Positions 50,321-62,075 of a stretch of 64,000 nucleotides of DNA are shown here, one piece after another. The notes beneath the pieces were generated by a model, which made no database searches, was not told the origin of the DNA, and was given only the letters and a program-made list of their open reading frames with translations. Within the stretch, counting starts at the first letter, position 1; every line of letters starts with the position of its first letter. The stretch is from contig CAWFSF010000003.1 of NCBI GenBank assembly GCA_963818475.1, positions 32,001 to 96,000 on the forward strand, given 5' to 3'. A program made the position numbers and the translations under genes. The stretch comes from Nitrospirota bacterium (lineage in GTDB: Bacteria; Nitrospirota; UBA9217).

Positions 50321-53221
50321 CTAGAACAGCGACGGCAGCCAGAGCAGGAGGCCGACCCAACTCTCGCCCTTTTCATCCAGCCCTTTGGCAAGCACGAACC
50401 GCAGCGTTACGGGCAGATTATAGGCAACGGAAATATCCATGCGCAGCTCGGCGCCCACGGCGCGCTTCAGCTCCGATGAGCGGTACTGATCGTCCCAGGC
50501 GTTCCCTGCCTCGGCAAAGACCGCGCCGTGCAGCCTCCTCATAAAGAAGGGCGTCTGGCCGCCGCCCCGTTCGATATTTTTCAGCGGAAAGCGGTATTCA
50601 AGGCTGGCAAGCCCGGCCTTCCTGCCCCGGAACGAATTTTCCGGGTAGCCCCTGAGATACACGGACTGATCACCAACCGCCAGCGTAACATCGCCCGGCG
50701 AATCGCCGCCGAGCGCAAAGGCCCCCTGCGGGAGGGGCCGGCCGGTCGAGATGCCGCCAAAGGCGCGGACAACGAGCACCTGGTGTTTCCAGGGGAAGGT
50801 GAGATATTCGTGCCAATCGGCCGTATATTTGTCGAACTCAAAATCGCTGCCCAGCGATTTGTCGAACCGCTCATAGCCCAGCTCAATGGTCCGCCCGTTC
50901 TCGGGGCTGATCGAAAAATCATAGCGCTGCGCATTGTTGTACAGATAGACCAGCCTTCCCGAGCCCAGTTCGCCCTCCGCCGGTGTGGGAGTGTACGACG
51001 GAGGGAAGGATGCGAGCTTCGTAAGCGAAGAGACTCGTCTGCCATCGGTAGCCGAGCGTTATGATGTGCTGGGTCTGCGTCTTGATGAGCGGCGCGATAA
51101 GCGAAACGCCGTAGCTCCGCTCGCGCTCCACATAATCCCTGGTCCCGGTCGGAAGCGAAAGCAGGTCGGTGTGGGTCGTATCCGTGTCCGATGCGGAAAG
51201 ATGGATCGTGGGAGCGAAGCCGTCGTAAAGATAGTCAAGGGTATACCAGGTGCGTCCTGTCTTGGGGCCGTAGAGGCCGCTCACCACATACTGATGCCGC
51301 TCAACAGCGTCGCCGCCGAAGGTGACAAACCCGCCAAGCGTGCCGCTGTCATAGCTGTAGCCGTACCAGGGGATCCAGAAGGTCGGTGCGAGCGTCGGGA
51401 GCGGGCTGTAGGGCTTTGTCGCGGTTTCGATCTGACGCTCTTCGTACTGCACAGCAGGATAGGGGTCCTGGTAGGCTTCGGCAGGCTTCCAGGAGGCCCG
51501 GTCATTGGCAAGGGTATGGACGTCGAAGCCTTTTGCGCTGTAGGACGTGAATGCAAGCACCCGGTTGTCCGGCGAGGGAGCGGGTGCGAAGGCGCCGCCG
51601 AGGACGTTCGTGATCTGGTACAGGTTCCTGGTCTCAAGGTCAAAGGCAAAGAGGTTGTAGATCCCGGTGCGGTCCGAAGCGAAATAGAGCGTCTTCCCGT
51701 CAGGGCTCCAGGCAGGCGCGCCGTCAATGGCCCGGTCGTGCATCACCTCATCGATCTTTGCTCCCGTGCTGTCAAGGATCCAGATGTCCTTGTACCCGCC
51801 GGGCTGCCACAGGCTGACGGCGATCTTCGAACCGTCGGGGCTGAAGCGCGGGCCCTCGTACTGGAGCTCGCTCTCCGCAGTGAGGAAAACAACGTCCTTC
51901 TCCTTTGCGGGATGCTTCCGGCCGGACGTGAGATCGAGCAGCGCGAGCCTGGTCATGCCCATCCGGTTCGTCACAAAAACAAGCTTGCTCCCGTCCGGAG
52001 AAGGCTGAGGATCGCGGGCGCGAAGCTTTTTGGTGAGCCGCACCTCCCGGTTCTTTTTCAGATCGTAATAATAGAGGTCGTCATAGATAGTTCGTGCCCC
52101 GCACTTCGATCTTGGTGTAGAAGAGCCTGCTGCCGTCGGCTGACCAGGCAGGCGTCAGGCCGGTCGCGCTCGAGGGGGACACGTTCTCCGTCAGTTTGCG
52201 GTCGTTCGTGCCGTCGGCGTTCATGACATAAATGCCGGGGAACTCGTCCCCGTTCGCTTCAAGATAAGCGATGCTCGCGCCGTCCGGCGAAAAGGAAGGT
52301 GCCAGCGTATTGGTAGCCTTTGCGCGTCAGCGCTGTTGAGGGAGTCATTCCTTTGGCCTTGACCGCCTCCTGCTGCCTGACATAGGTGACCCGGAGCTCA
52401 TCCCTCCATTCCCGGTAGAGCCTGCCGTAGTTCTGGCCGAGAGCCTGTTTGGCCGTCGAGTTCACCAGGAAAGGAAACCCCCTGCCGCTGTAGGCGACGC
52501 TTAAGTCCGCAAGCTTTTCCCTGCCGTAGGTATCGGCGATAAAACGGGAAAAAGACCCGCCAAAGAGATAGGGCACGTCTCCCTGGGGCCAGGAATCGGG
52601 GAACACGGTCATCTGGCTGAGCAGCGGGAACGGGCCTTCGAGCGTTGCCATGCGGAGCACCATGTCCGCGCCGGCCGAGCGGTTCCGGCCGCCCATGGTC
52701 TGCTCGGTCTCTTCGTAGACCGCGAGACCCTCGATCAGCCAGAGCGGCTGGAGCGCGTTGGGGAAATAGAACCTGCCGAAGATCGGCTTCATCACGCCGC
52801 CCAATCCTCCGGTGACCATGTCGAGCTGCAGGATGTGCGTGTACTCGTGCGTGATGAGCATCCGCATCCAGTCCTCGTAGGGCGTGGCGCCGAAGCCCGG
52901 TTCGCCCACCGGCTGCGTCAGGAACAGCACCATGAGATTGTACGGGATGGGCGTTGACATGCCGTTCGCCTCGTCCATGGAATCGACCAGAACGACCTGG
53001 GTCTTTGCTTTCGGCTCCCACTTGATGCGCGGGACCAGCCGGGTATGCACGTCTTCGGCTATCTGCGCAGTTTTGCGCGCAAGGGCCTCGCCGCCCTGGT
53101 GATAATGGATCAGGAAGTGCGGGGTCTCGAGCGTGGTCCAGGTGAACGAGGGATCGAACTTGGCGAACGACGGAGCTGCGAGGAGCATGAGAATAAAGAT
53201 GGTGAAGATCGTCTTTTTCAA
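50321..53221 (-). CDS. Peptidase-MA-like + TolB/PD40 propeller + BamA-like barrel protein (several frameshifts)
   Basis: ITHEYTH...EGLA, PD40 repeats (P-x-F/WSPDG), LRGY...ASLEYRFP...GAEL. Confidence 0.8.
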
Positions 53222-53430
53222 CGTGGCCTCCGGAAGTGGAACATGCTGCTTTCTCGTCAAATCATAGCAGAGGCGGCATTCAAGTCAAGACATAAGTCCT
53301 GGAAGCAGGAATGGAACATCATGGGGATCAAAGCAATTGTGCTGTCATTGCACGCTGTGCCCAGGCGATTATAAAGATCATGCCGCCTATCGGACCTGTC
53401 ATATGATACTCGGCGTAGCGATCGCCCCGC

Positions 53431-53673
53431 CTACTTCCGGAAATGCAGTTCGCACCGGAGCGCAACCTCCCCGGCGAGGCGTTTCGCTTCTTCCTCGATT
53501 CGCTTGTGCTCCGTGGGGGAGTGCGTGATGCCCCGCAGGACGAGACCTTCGCCGTCGGGAAGTACATCGAAGACAGGAAGAAAGAACTTCGGATTGGTGG
53601 CGATGCCTGCCTTGACCTTTGCGGCCTTGGTACGGATATGCAGGGAGCGCACGGCTTCCCCGGCAACGGGCAT
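53431..53673 (-). pseudogene. C-terminal gene fragment (cytidylate-kinase-like/BON-type tail)
   Basis: AAKVKAGIATNP...LVLRGITH...IEEEAKRLAG; no proper N-terminus. Confidence 0.4.
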
Positions 53674-53684
53674 GTTCTTGAGGA

Positions 53685-53815
53685 CTCGTGGGGCAGGGAC
53701 CGAACTGCCATGGCAATGACCCCCGCCAGAATGTGGTCGATGACGACGATGCTGGCGAGCGCGGACAAGAACGACAGGTCGAAGTTGACAGCTCCGAACG
53801 AACCCGGTCCATTAT
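53685..53815 (-). pseudogene. TerC-family 5' fragment
   Basis: FLSALASIVVIDHILAG-VIAMAVRSLP, similar to the intact TerC but lacking DNAV. Confidence 0.65.
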
Positions 53816-53852
53816 GCAGCTCCTCGCTGGTGCAGGGCAATCGCCCCGAAAA

Positions 53853-53886
53853 TAAAAGCCTTGGACGGATTATCGTCCAAGGCTTT
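53853..53886 (-). terminator. Terminator hairpin in the leader of the TerC fragment
   Basis: AAAGCCTTGGACG-loop-CGTCCAAGGCTTT-TATTTT. Confidence 0.65.
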
Positions 53887-54045
53887 GCGTGGTGTCAAGT
53901 GATTAATATGGCAGCGGCTCTTCTCCGGGCGCGGCAGGAGCGATGGTTCAGGAAGCGGAGACGGGACCCGGTTAAGAATGTCAATAACACAGATTCAAGT
54001 CTGCCCCCCCCTGCTGTACCTAAGCTTCCAGTTCGGCACACCATT

Positions 54046-54075
54046 AAAAAAAGCCGTCCCGATGAGGACGGCTTC
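54046..54075 (-). terminator. Intrinsic terminator after the RCC1-repeat gene
   Basis: AAGCCGTCC-loop-GGACGGCTT followed by a T run. Confidence 0.7.
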
Positions 54076-54195
54076 ATTTCATCTATTCTGTGGCGGAGGA
54101 TTACTTTTCCCTCTACCCTTGTGTCTGCTGCGTTCCGAAGCTCGCGGTCGTGAGCGATTCGGTTTTACATTAAGTTCGGATGCCGTGTCTTATAC

Positions 54196-56755
54196 TCACT
54201 GACACGTTCCGCCTATGCCCATGCTGAAACAAAGGGTATTGCCTGCCAGATCAACCGCATTTCCGGTTATGCCCTGTCCCGGCCACCCTATTAACGAAGG
54301 GCAGGTGAAAACGCCTGAGACAGCATCGTTGCATTCAAACGTAACGAGCGCAGTGACGACGTCGGACGACGGGTTGACAATGACAGTCAAAACTGGCGGC
54401 GTCTTATCTATTTTGACGGTCGGAACATGAAGCGCCTCATCGTTGCCGACATTGTCCTTCGCAAAATAGCTGACGCTGTGAATGCCTTCCGGGCTGACCG
54501 TAAATGAGGCAGTGCTGCCCGACACTATCGTCTCGGTCCCGTCGATGCTGTAATGGATTTCCTTCACCCCGGAGCCGCCGGTATTGTCGGTTGCCGTCAA
54601 GGTGATCTGCATATCGGACTTGTACCAGCCGTTATTCCCCGAAACTCCTCCGATCGCGATGCTCGTGGTCGGGGAAGTTACGTCCACCCCCGTGCCGGTG
54701 AGCGAAATAGTCAGCGTCGGCGTATCGGGATCATCGGAGGCGACCTCCAGTGTCGCGCTCTTCGCGCCCTGGGAGGCTGGCGTAAATGTTACGGTTACCG
54801 TACATGAAGTATTATAAGCTACAGACGTACAATCATTTGTCTGGCTGAAGTGAGTGGAATCTGGTCCGGTAACGCTTACAGAGCTTATCAAAAGCGCTGC
54901 TGAGCCCCCGTTCAAGATCGAAAACGTATATGTGGCCGCACTTCCCAGCTGAACTTCGCCAAAAGCAATCGCAGCTAAACTAGCGGAGATCTCCGGCGAT
55001 GCGCAAACCGGCTGCTTTATATTGGACCAATCAAAAGCATTCAATTGGCCGCAATAATTATAACCCACAGCCACGACGGTTCCACCCTCTTTAAGCCCAA
55101 TCGTGTGATACCCAACTGCTGCTATGGCTGTTATATTCGTCCACGTGGAAACATTCAACTGGCCATAGTTGTTAGACCCCGCAGCTACGACTGTTCCATC
55201 CGCTTTGAGCCCGACCGTGTGAGAAGCGCCTGCTGCAACGGCTTTTATGTTTGTCCAGGAGGAGACATTCAGCTGGCCGGACCCGTTAGATCCCGTAGCC
55301 ACGACCGTTCCATCCGCTTTGAGCCCGACCGTGAAATTAGCGCCTGCTGCAATGGCTTTTATATTCGTCCAAGAATAAACACTGCACTGGCCATTATTGC
55401 AATCTCCCACACCAACAACTGTTCCATTTTCCTTAAGCCCGATCGTGAAATCCGGGCCTGCTGCAACGGCTGTTACGGTCGTCCACGAGGAGAGATTGCA
55501 CTGGCCATAGTAATTATCTCCCACAGCCACGACTGTTCCATCCTCTTTAAGCCCGACCGTGTGACCCTGGCCTGCTGCAATGGCTTTTATATTCGTCCAG
55601 GAGGAGACATTCAACTGGCCGTAATCATTATTCCCCGTTGCCACTACTGTTCCATCCTCTTTAAGCCCGACCGTGTGATTCGCACTTGCTGCAACGGCTT
55701 TTATATTCGTCCACGAGGAGACATTCAACTGGCCATTGTTGTTAAACCCCGTAGCCACGACTGTTCCATCCTCTTTAAGCCCGACCGTGTGAGCTACGTG
55801 CCTGCTGCAACGGCTTTTATGTTCGTCCACGAGGAGACATTCGACTGGCCGTAGCTGTTAGATCCCGACAGCCACGACTGTTCCATCCTCTTTAAGGCCC
55901 GACTGTGTGATAAGTGCATGCTGCAATGGCTTTTATATTCGTCCACGAGGAGACATTCAACTGGCCAGCCGAATTATCTTCCCGACAGCCACGACTGTTC
56001 CATCCTCTTTGAGCCCGACTGTGTGATATTCGCCTGCTGCAATTGCTTTTATATTCGTCCACGAGGAGACATGCACTGGCCATTGTAATTATATCCCACA
56101 GCCATTACTGTTCCATCCTCTTTGAGCCCGACCGTGTGATCTCTGCCTGCTGCAATGGCTTTTATATTCGTCCACGAGGAGACACTCATCTGGCCATAGG
56201 TAGTTAGACCCCACAGCCACGACTGTTCCGTCCTCTTTAAGCCCGACCGTGTGAGAAGCGCCTGCTGCAACGGCTTTTATATTCGTCCAAGAGGAGACAT
56301 TCAACTGGCCATAGAATTTATCTGCCCACTAGCCACGACTGTTCCATTCTCTTTAAGCCCGATTGTGTAACCATTGCCTGCTGCAACGGCTTTTATATTC
56401 GTCCACGAGGAGACATTCAACTGGCCAGTAAGAATTATTCCCCACAGCCACGACTGTTCCATCCATTTTAAGCCCGACCGTGTGAGAAGCGCCTGCTGCA
56501 ACGGCTTTTATGTTCGTCCACGAGGAGACGATCAACTGGCCGAGTGACCAGCAGAGTTCACATTAACCCCACGATCGAGCACTGTGCCATCCGCTTTGAG
56601 CCCAACGGTGAGTTTTCTCCTGCGGCTATTGTCGTAACGTTATGATCTATGGTACGAGCAGCTTTTGCTGTTGAGGGCAGAGGATCAAAGAATAACAATA
56701 AATTACCACCGATAACAAAACATTGAATCGATCTCTCTACAGGTCCTTGAGACAT
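54196..56755 (-). CDS. Exported RCC1-repeat protein with ASH/choice-of-anchor-D and Ig-like domains (multiple frameshifts)
   Basis: Tandem repeats of about 114 bp (38 aa): NIKAIAAG-x-x-HTVGLKEDGTVVA-x-G-x-N-x-x-GQLNVSSWT. Confidence 0.85.
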
Positions 56756-56837
56756 ACTTTCTTGCAGTCATACTTTCCCCCTTTTTTCATTATTTATTTT
56801 TAAATATGCGCCACGGATTTCCAAGGTAAAACCTCTA

Positions 56838-56910
56838 AGTAGAGCGGAGAACTGCTCGCTCTGCCCCCCTCATCAAACCATGCAAGCGGTTTTCCCGCAC
56901 AGGGACGCTC
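56838..56910 (-). mobile_element. Group II intron 3' remnant (domains V-VI)
   Basis: TGTGCGGGAAAACCGCTTGCATGGTTTGATGAGGGGGG...CTCTACT. Confidence 0.7.
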
Positions 56911-57248
56911 CGGGGCGGGGAACTTTCGGGACATCCTATGCTTTCGAGAATCCTGCGACATCTTGCCTTGGTTCTTACGGCGCATTTGCGGATTTAACAT
57001 CTGCGATCCAGCCAGAACCTTAAAACATGCCGAGAAACAACGTGCGTGTTATGGATTTAGAATGCTAATGAAAGATTCGTTGATTATAGGGATATCCAAC
57101 CTGTTGTCAAGAAGTTTGACGGGGTAATTTCGGAGAAACGCCCTGATTGCGGGTTTCGGACTCGCGAAAAATGGCGTGGGTTGTGGAGCCAGAGTTGAGG
57201 TCCCCCGTGCCGCAGCAAGTAGCCGGGAGATGAGCGAACTTTACTTTA

Positions 57249-57361
57249 ATCAGGAAGTGCGGGGTCTCGAGCGTGGTCCAGGTGAAGGAGGGATCGAACT
57301 TGGCAAAGGCAGGTACGGCCAGGAGCAGAAGAACAGCGCATAGTGCAAGGATTTTTTTCAA
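57249..57361 (-). pseudogene. Truncated 5' copy of the peptidase/TolB/BamA gene
   Basis: Signal peptide + AKFDPSFTWTTLETPHFLI; 55 of 56 nt identical to 53109-53164. Confidence 0.8.
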
Positions 57362-57451
57362 CAGGCACCCTCCGCGGAACGGGTCGCGCCCGGCGTGACA
57401 GGCGTGCGGACACTGTTCCTGATTTAAGGATCAACGGGTTTCAGCGCGCGA

Positions 57452-58174
57452 TCAGGGGCGCTCGCGCTCTGTCCGTGTTAGCTTATTCAGGTCCCGCCTG
57501 AGCCAGAACTGCCCGACGCCAAGAACGCCTGCTGCAAAGAGAAGCTTGAGCGCATAGGTGGCGGTTCTGCCCGGGGCAATATGGGCGGCCACAACCGGGT
57601 CCGTCAGGATCATATCGCCGCCCACCACCCCGAGGATGGCCGCGCCGACATAAATGATCGCGGGGTATTTTTCCATAAGCGTCGAGAGCAGGGTGCTGGC
57701 GAACACGATGAGGGGAATGCTGAGGCCCAGGCCGAAGAGCAGCAGGAACAGGTTTCCCTGCGAAGCGCCGCCCACGGCAAGCATGTTGTCCACCGACATG
57801 GTAATGTCGGCGACCACGATGAACCGGACGGCGTGCCAAAGGGAGGCCGACTCGTGATGGGTCGCTGTCGCTTCCTCATCCTCGACAAAGAGCTTGACCG
57901 CGATCCAGAGGATCACGATGCCGCCGACCAGCTTCACATAGTTCACGGTCAGCAGCTCGGCGACAAAGAAGGTCAGGACCACGCGGAGCAGCACTGCTGC
58001 GCCGGCGCCGTACAGGATCCCCCTGATGCGCTGCTCCTTCGGCAGCGACCGGACCGCCATGGCAATGACCACGGCGTTGTCCCCGGCAAGGACGAGATCG
58101 ATGATAATGATGCTGAGGAGGCTTGAGAGAAAAGCCACGTCCAGGCTGGTGGTGCCAAGTTCTGCGAAATTCAT
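57452..58174 (-). CDS. TerC/YjbE-family membrane protein
   Basis: IIIIDLVLAGDNAVVIAMA; ADITMSVDNMLAV. Confidence 0.9.
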   Translation of the reverse strand: MNFAELGTTSLDVAFLSSLLSIIIIDLVLAGDNAVVIAMAVRSLPKEQRIRGILYGAGAAVLLRVVLTFFVAELLTVNYVKLVGGIVILWIAVKLFVEDEEATATHHESASLWHAVRFIVVADITMSVDNMLAVGGASQGNLFLLLFGLGLSIPLIVFASTLLSTLMEKYPAIIYVGAAILGVVGGDMILTDPVVAAHIAPGRTATYALKLLFAAGVLGVGQFWLRRDLNKLTRTERERP

Positions 58175-58559
58175 GCGACTGTCGTCCCTCCTGGTGCCGC
58201 GATCGGCACCTCGGTACCCAAGTGTGCAGCTCAAGTGTATATCAAAAAAATAGTGTGGTAAAGAACTTCTTTACCCCGCCTCGGATCAGCCGCTTGCCTG
58301 CGCATTCCGGAGCAAGCTGCCGGATGGCGCGAACTGTCAGCCCGGCATTTGAAGAAGGTTATTAATTTTTCCAATGAACATATTATCCGCTACCCGTAAA
58401 ATACCCCGGCAGGGTGATTTAATTCTTTCGTTTCTTCTACTAACATAATAATTGTTGCAGATTTTGAGCGCGAAGGAGGTGATGAAAAAGTGTCGTGCGT
58501 TCGGCAAAAACCGAACTTATTGCATTTTTATTAAACTTTTTTCCCACAAGGAGAATGTC

Positions 58560-59153
58560 ATGAAGAGAGTCGGTATTGCGGTAATGGTAATGAGCTTTTT
58601 CGCGGCAGTGTCCATGCAGCCGGTCTTTGCAGCAGACATAGATGCTCTCAAGGCACTGGTAAAGGACGAGGCACGCATTGTCAAGGATTACCCGCTCGAG
58701 AAGCAGATCGATGCCGTGGCGGCAAACCAGATGGCAAGTTCTCAGAAGGCGGTCATCGTGGACATACGGACCGCGCAGGAATACCAGCTGATCGGGCACG
58801 TTCCCGGAACCTGCAACATCCCCGTATCGTTCTGGGGCAAATGGGACGACCAGAAGAAGTCCTTTGGCATGGAGCCGAACCCGGATTTCGTAAAGCAGTT
58901 TTCGACCGCATTCCCGGACAAAAATAAGGCCTATATTCTCATGTGCCGTTCAGGACATCGCAGTGCCAAGGCGATCAAGACCTTGCAGCAGGCCGGGTAC
59001 ACCAACCTGTATGATATGTGGGACGGGTTCGAGGGCATCGCGGAGAAAGACAAGGCCTCGCCGAACTTCGGCAAAAAGACGGTTGACGGCTGGAAGAACA
59101 AGAACCTGCCGTGGACCTATGACATGGACCCCCTGCTCGTGGTTGCGAAATAA
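58560..59153 (+). CDS. Exported rhodanese-like protein
   Basis: Signal peptide; IVDIRT...GHVPG...CRSGHRS...GFEG. Confidence 0.85.
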   Translation: MKRVGIAVMVMSFFAAVSMQPVFAADIDALKALVKDEARIVKDYPLEKQIDAVAANQMASSQKAVIVDIRTAQEYQLIGHVPGTCNIPVSFWGKWDDQKKSFGMEPNPDFVKQFSTAFPDKNKAYILMCRSGHRSAKAIKTLQQAGYTNLYDMWDGFEGIAEKDKASPNFGKKTVDGWKNKNLPWTYDMDPLLVVAK

Positions 59154-59172
59154 TCGGGATCGCACGTGCCAA

Positions 59173-59206
59173 GCCCTCGTTCCCTAGCGAACGAGGGCTT
59201 TCTTTC
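59173..59206 (+). terminator. Intrinsic terminator
   Basis: AGCCCTCGTTC-loop-GAACGAGGGCT-TTCTTT. Confidence 0.7.
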
Positions 59207-59237
59207 TGGATGGATGTCCAGGGCGGATCTCCCAGGA

Positions 59238-61952
59238 TCACCCGGCGGCCGCCCCTCCTGCCGCGCCTTTGCCGCGTCTTTTGAAGAACTTCTCGATCTC
59301 CACGGCAATGAAAACAACTGATGACAGCGCGAGCGTAAAGAGCAGCTCAGCCAGCGACAGCGGCTCTGTTTTAAATATCGGGTTCAACACCGGCAGATAG
59401 ATGGTCGCCATCTGGAGGACGAACGTTAACAGAAAAGCGCCCACCAGCGGCTTGTTCGAGAAAAAGCCCTGGGTGAAGATCGATTCCCGTTCAGACCGTA
59501 TCGCAAGGACGTGCCCCATCTGGCTCAGGCACAGTACGGTAAAGACCATGGTCTGCCAGTGGGCATGCCCGGTCTTCAGGGACCAGGCCTGGGTGAACAG
59601 GGACACGGCGCCCATCAGAAGTCCGACCCAGACAATATGGACGCCGAGACCGTTGGCGAAGATGCTCTCTTTGGGATGGCGCGGCGGTCTTTCCATGATG
59701 CCTTTTTCCGCGGGCTCGGCCGCAAGGGCAAGGCCGGGAAGTCCGTCGGTTACCAGGTTGATCCAGAGGATATGAATGGGCAGCAGCGGGATGGGGAGCC
59801 CCAGAAACGGCGCGAGGAAGATCGTCCAGATCTCGCCGGAGTTGCTGGTCATGGTGTACTTGATGAACTTGCGGATATTGTCGAAGATCCGCCTGCCCTC
59901 CTTCACGGCCTTGACGATGGTGGCAAAGTTGTCGTCCAGCAGGACCATGTGGGACGCTTCTTTTGAAACGTCCGTTCCGGTAATGCCCATGGCAACGCCG
60001 ATATCGGCCCGCTTGAGCGCGGGGGCGTCATTCACGCCGTCGCCGGTCATGGCAACGAACTGGCCCTTGTCCTGAAGCGCCTTGACGATCTTCAGCTTCT
60101 GTTCAGGCGCGACCCTTGCGTACACGCGCAGATGTTCGACCCGCTCCTCGAACTCCTCCAGCGATAGCTGATCGAGCTCTCTGCCGGTGATCACCGCCCG
60201 GGAGTCCTGCTCGAGGATGCCCAGTCTTTTGGCAATGGTCGTTGCGGTCAGGGGATGGTCGCCGGTTATCATCACCGGCTTGATCCCGGCGGTCTTGCAT
60301 AAGCGCACGGCCTCCTTGGCCTCTTCCCGCGGGGGGTCCATCATGCCGACGAGGCCCAGGATGGTGAGCCCGGCTTCAACATGCTCCGGCGACATATCGT
60401 CGGGCAATGCGTCCCAGGTCCTCATGGCAATGCCGAGGACCCGGAGTCCGTCGGCGGACATCCTGTCGTTGACCTTCTGGATCTCCCCGGCGTCAACGGT
60501 CTTCAACCCTTCGTCGGTCAGGATGCCCGCTGACTTGTCCAGCAGAACATCGATTGCGCCCTTGGTAAAGGAGACGAATTTCCCATCCCTGGCCCCGGTG
60601 GAACGTGGTCATGCATTTTCTGTCGGAATCAAAGGGAATTTCGGCCACTCTCGGGAGGTCCTGCTCAAGGGCTTTTTTGTCAAAGCCCCTGTTTTTCGCT
60701 ATGACATACAAGGCGACTTCCGTCGGGTCGCCGATCACCTTGCCTGATGCGTCTCCCTCCGCGTCATTGCTCACGGCAAGGGCGGTCATGAGAAGCGATT
60801 GCGGATTGCGGCTTGCGGATTGCGAAATAGAACCCCCTCTCCTCCTGGGGAGAGGGCTGGTGAGGGGCGATTCCGATCTCCGAACTCCGCACTCAGAACT
60901 ATGCTTCCCATTCACATACACCTCTTCCACGGTCATTTTGTTCAGGGTCAGGGTGCCGGTCTTGTCGGAGCAGATGTAGGTGACGGAGCCGAGCGTTTCG
61001 ACCGCCGGAAGTTTCCGTATCAGGGCGTTCTGCCTGACCATCTTCTTCGCGCCAAGAGCGAGGGAGATGGTGATCACCGCGGGAAGGGCCTCGGGAATCG
61101 CGGCAACGGCGAGCGAGATCGCCGTAAGCAGCATGAGCAGCGGCTCCTCCCCTCTCAGGATGCCGACGCCAAAGACAATGGCGCAGATGGCAAGCACGGC
61201 AAGGGCGAGTTTCTGGCCGAAGGCCGCGAGCCTTTTCTGGAGCGGCGTCTTTACCTCCTCTTCCTCCTGCAGCATGGTTGCGATCTTTCCGAGCTCCGTC
61301 GCCATGCCCGTTGCCGTGACCACGTCCCCTGCCGCGGCCGTAGCTCACGATCGTGCCTTTATAGGCCATGTTCTTCCGGTCGCCGATGGACAGGTGCTCG
61401 TCGTGCAGCGGCTTGGCGTGCTTTTCAACGGGCAGGGATTCGCCGGTCAGGGCGGCCTCCTCGACCTTCAGCTGGGCCGTCTCGATCAACCGCATGTCAG
61501 CGGGAACGATCTTTCCCGCCTCCAGAATGACGACGTCGCCGGGAACAAGCTGCGACGCCGGGATGGTTGACGGGGTTTCCGTCCCGCATCACCAGGGCGT
61601 ACTGGGCGGCCATTTTTCTGAGCACTGCCATCGCTTTTTCCGCCCGGTATTCCTGGACAAAGCCGATGACGGCATTCAGCACCACGATCACGATGATGGC
61701 GATGGTGTCGGAGGCCTCTCCGATAATGCCCGAGATGATCGCGGCGGCAATCAGCACGAGGATCATGAAGTCCTTGAACTGGTCGAGGAACATCATGAAC
61801 AGCGTCTTTTTCTTTTTCTCCACCAGCTCGTTGGGGCCGTGCTGCTCGAGGCGCAGACCTGCTTCAGCGGGCGTGAGCCCGGAAGGCGAGCTTCCCAGCT
61901 GCTTCAGCGCTTCATCAATGCCCAGGCGATGCCATGCTGTTCGTTCTTCCAT
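59238..61952 (-). CDS. Cation-transporting P-type ATPase (P2A, Ca2+/PMR1-like), several frameshifts
   Basis: LTGES, IPEALP, DKTGTLT, MITGD and TGDGVNDAP motifs spread over four ORFs. Confidence 0.9.
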
Positions 61953-62075
61953 CGTTGTTTGCTTCCTCTCTGCGGTGTGTGATCGGGCCGTCGGACCTTC
62001 TCTTATAGATATCACGGGATCGTTCTTTTGTAAAGGGAGGCAATTCAAGCGCATTTGAAAGTCGTAACTGATTCG

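Noticed and set aside
55020-56640. Regular repeats as CRISPR or a diversity-generating retroelement
   Set aside because: They are in-frame RCC1 protein repeats. No reverse transcriptase is present and the variation is not evidently adenine-specific.
57110-57245. c-di-GMP-I riboswitch
   Set aside because: Only a weak TAGCCGGG resemblance; the GGCAAA/GAAA/CGCAAAGC core is missing.
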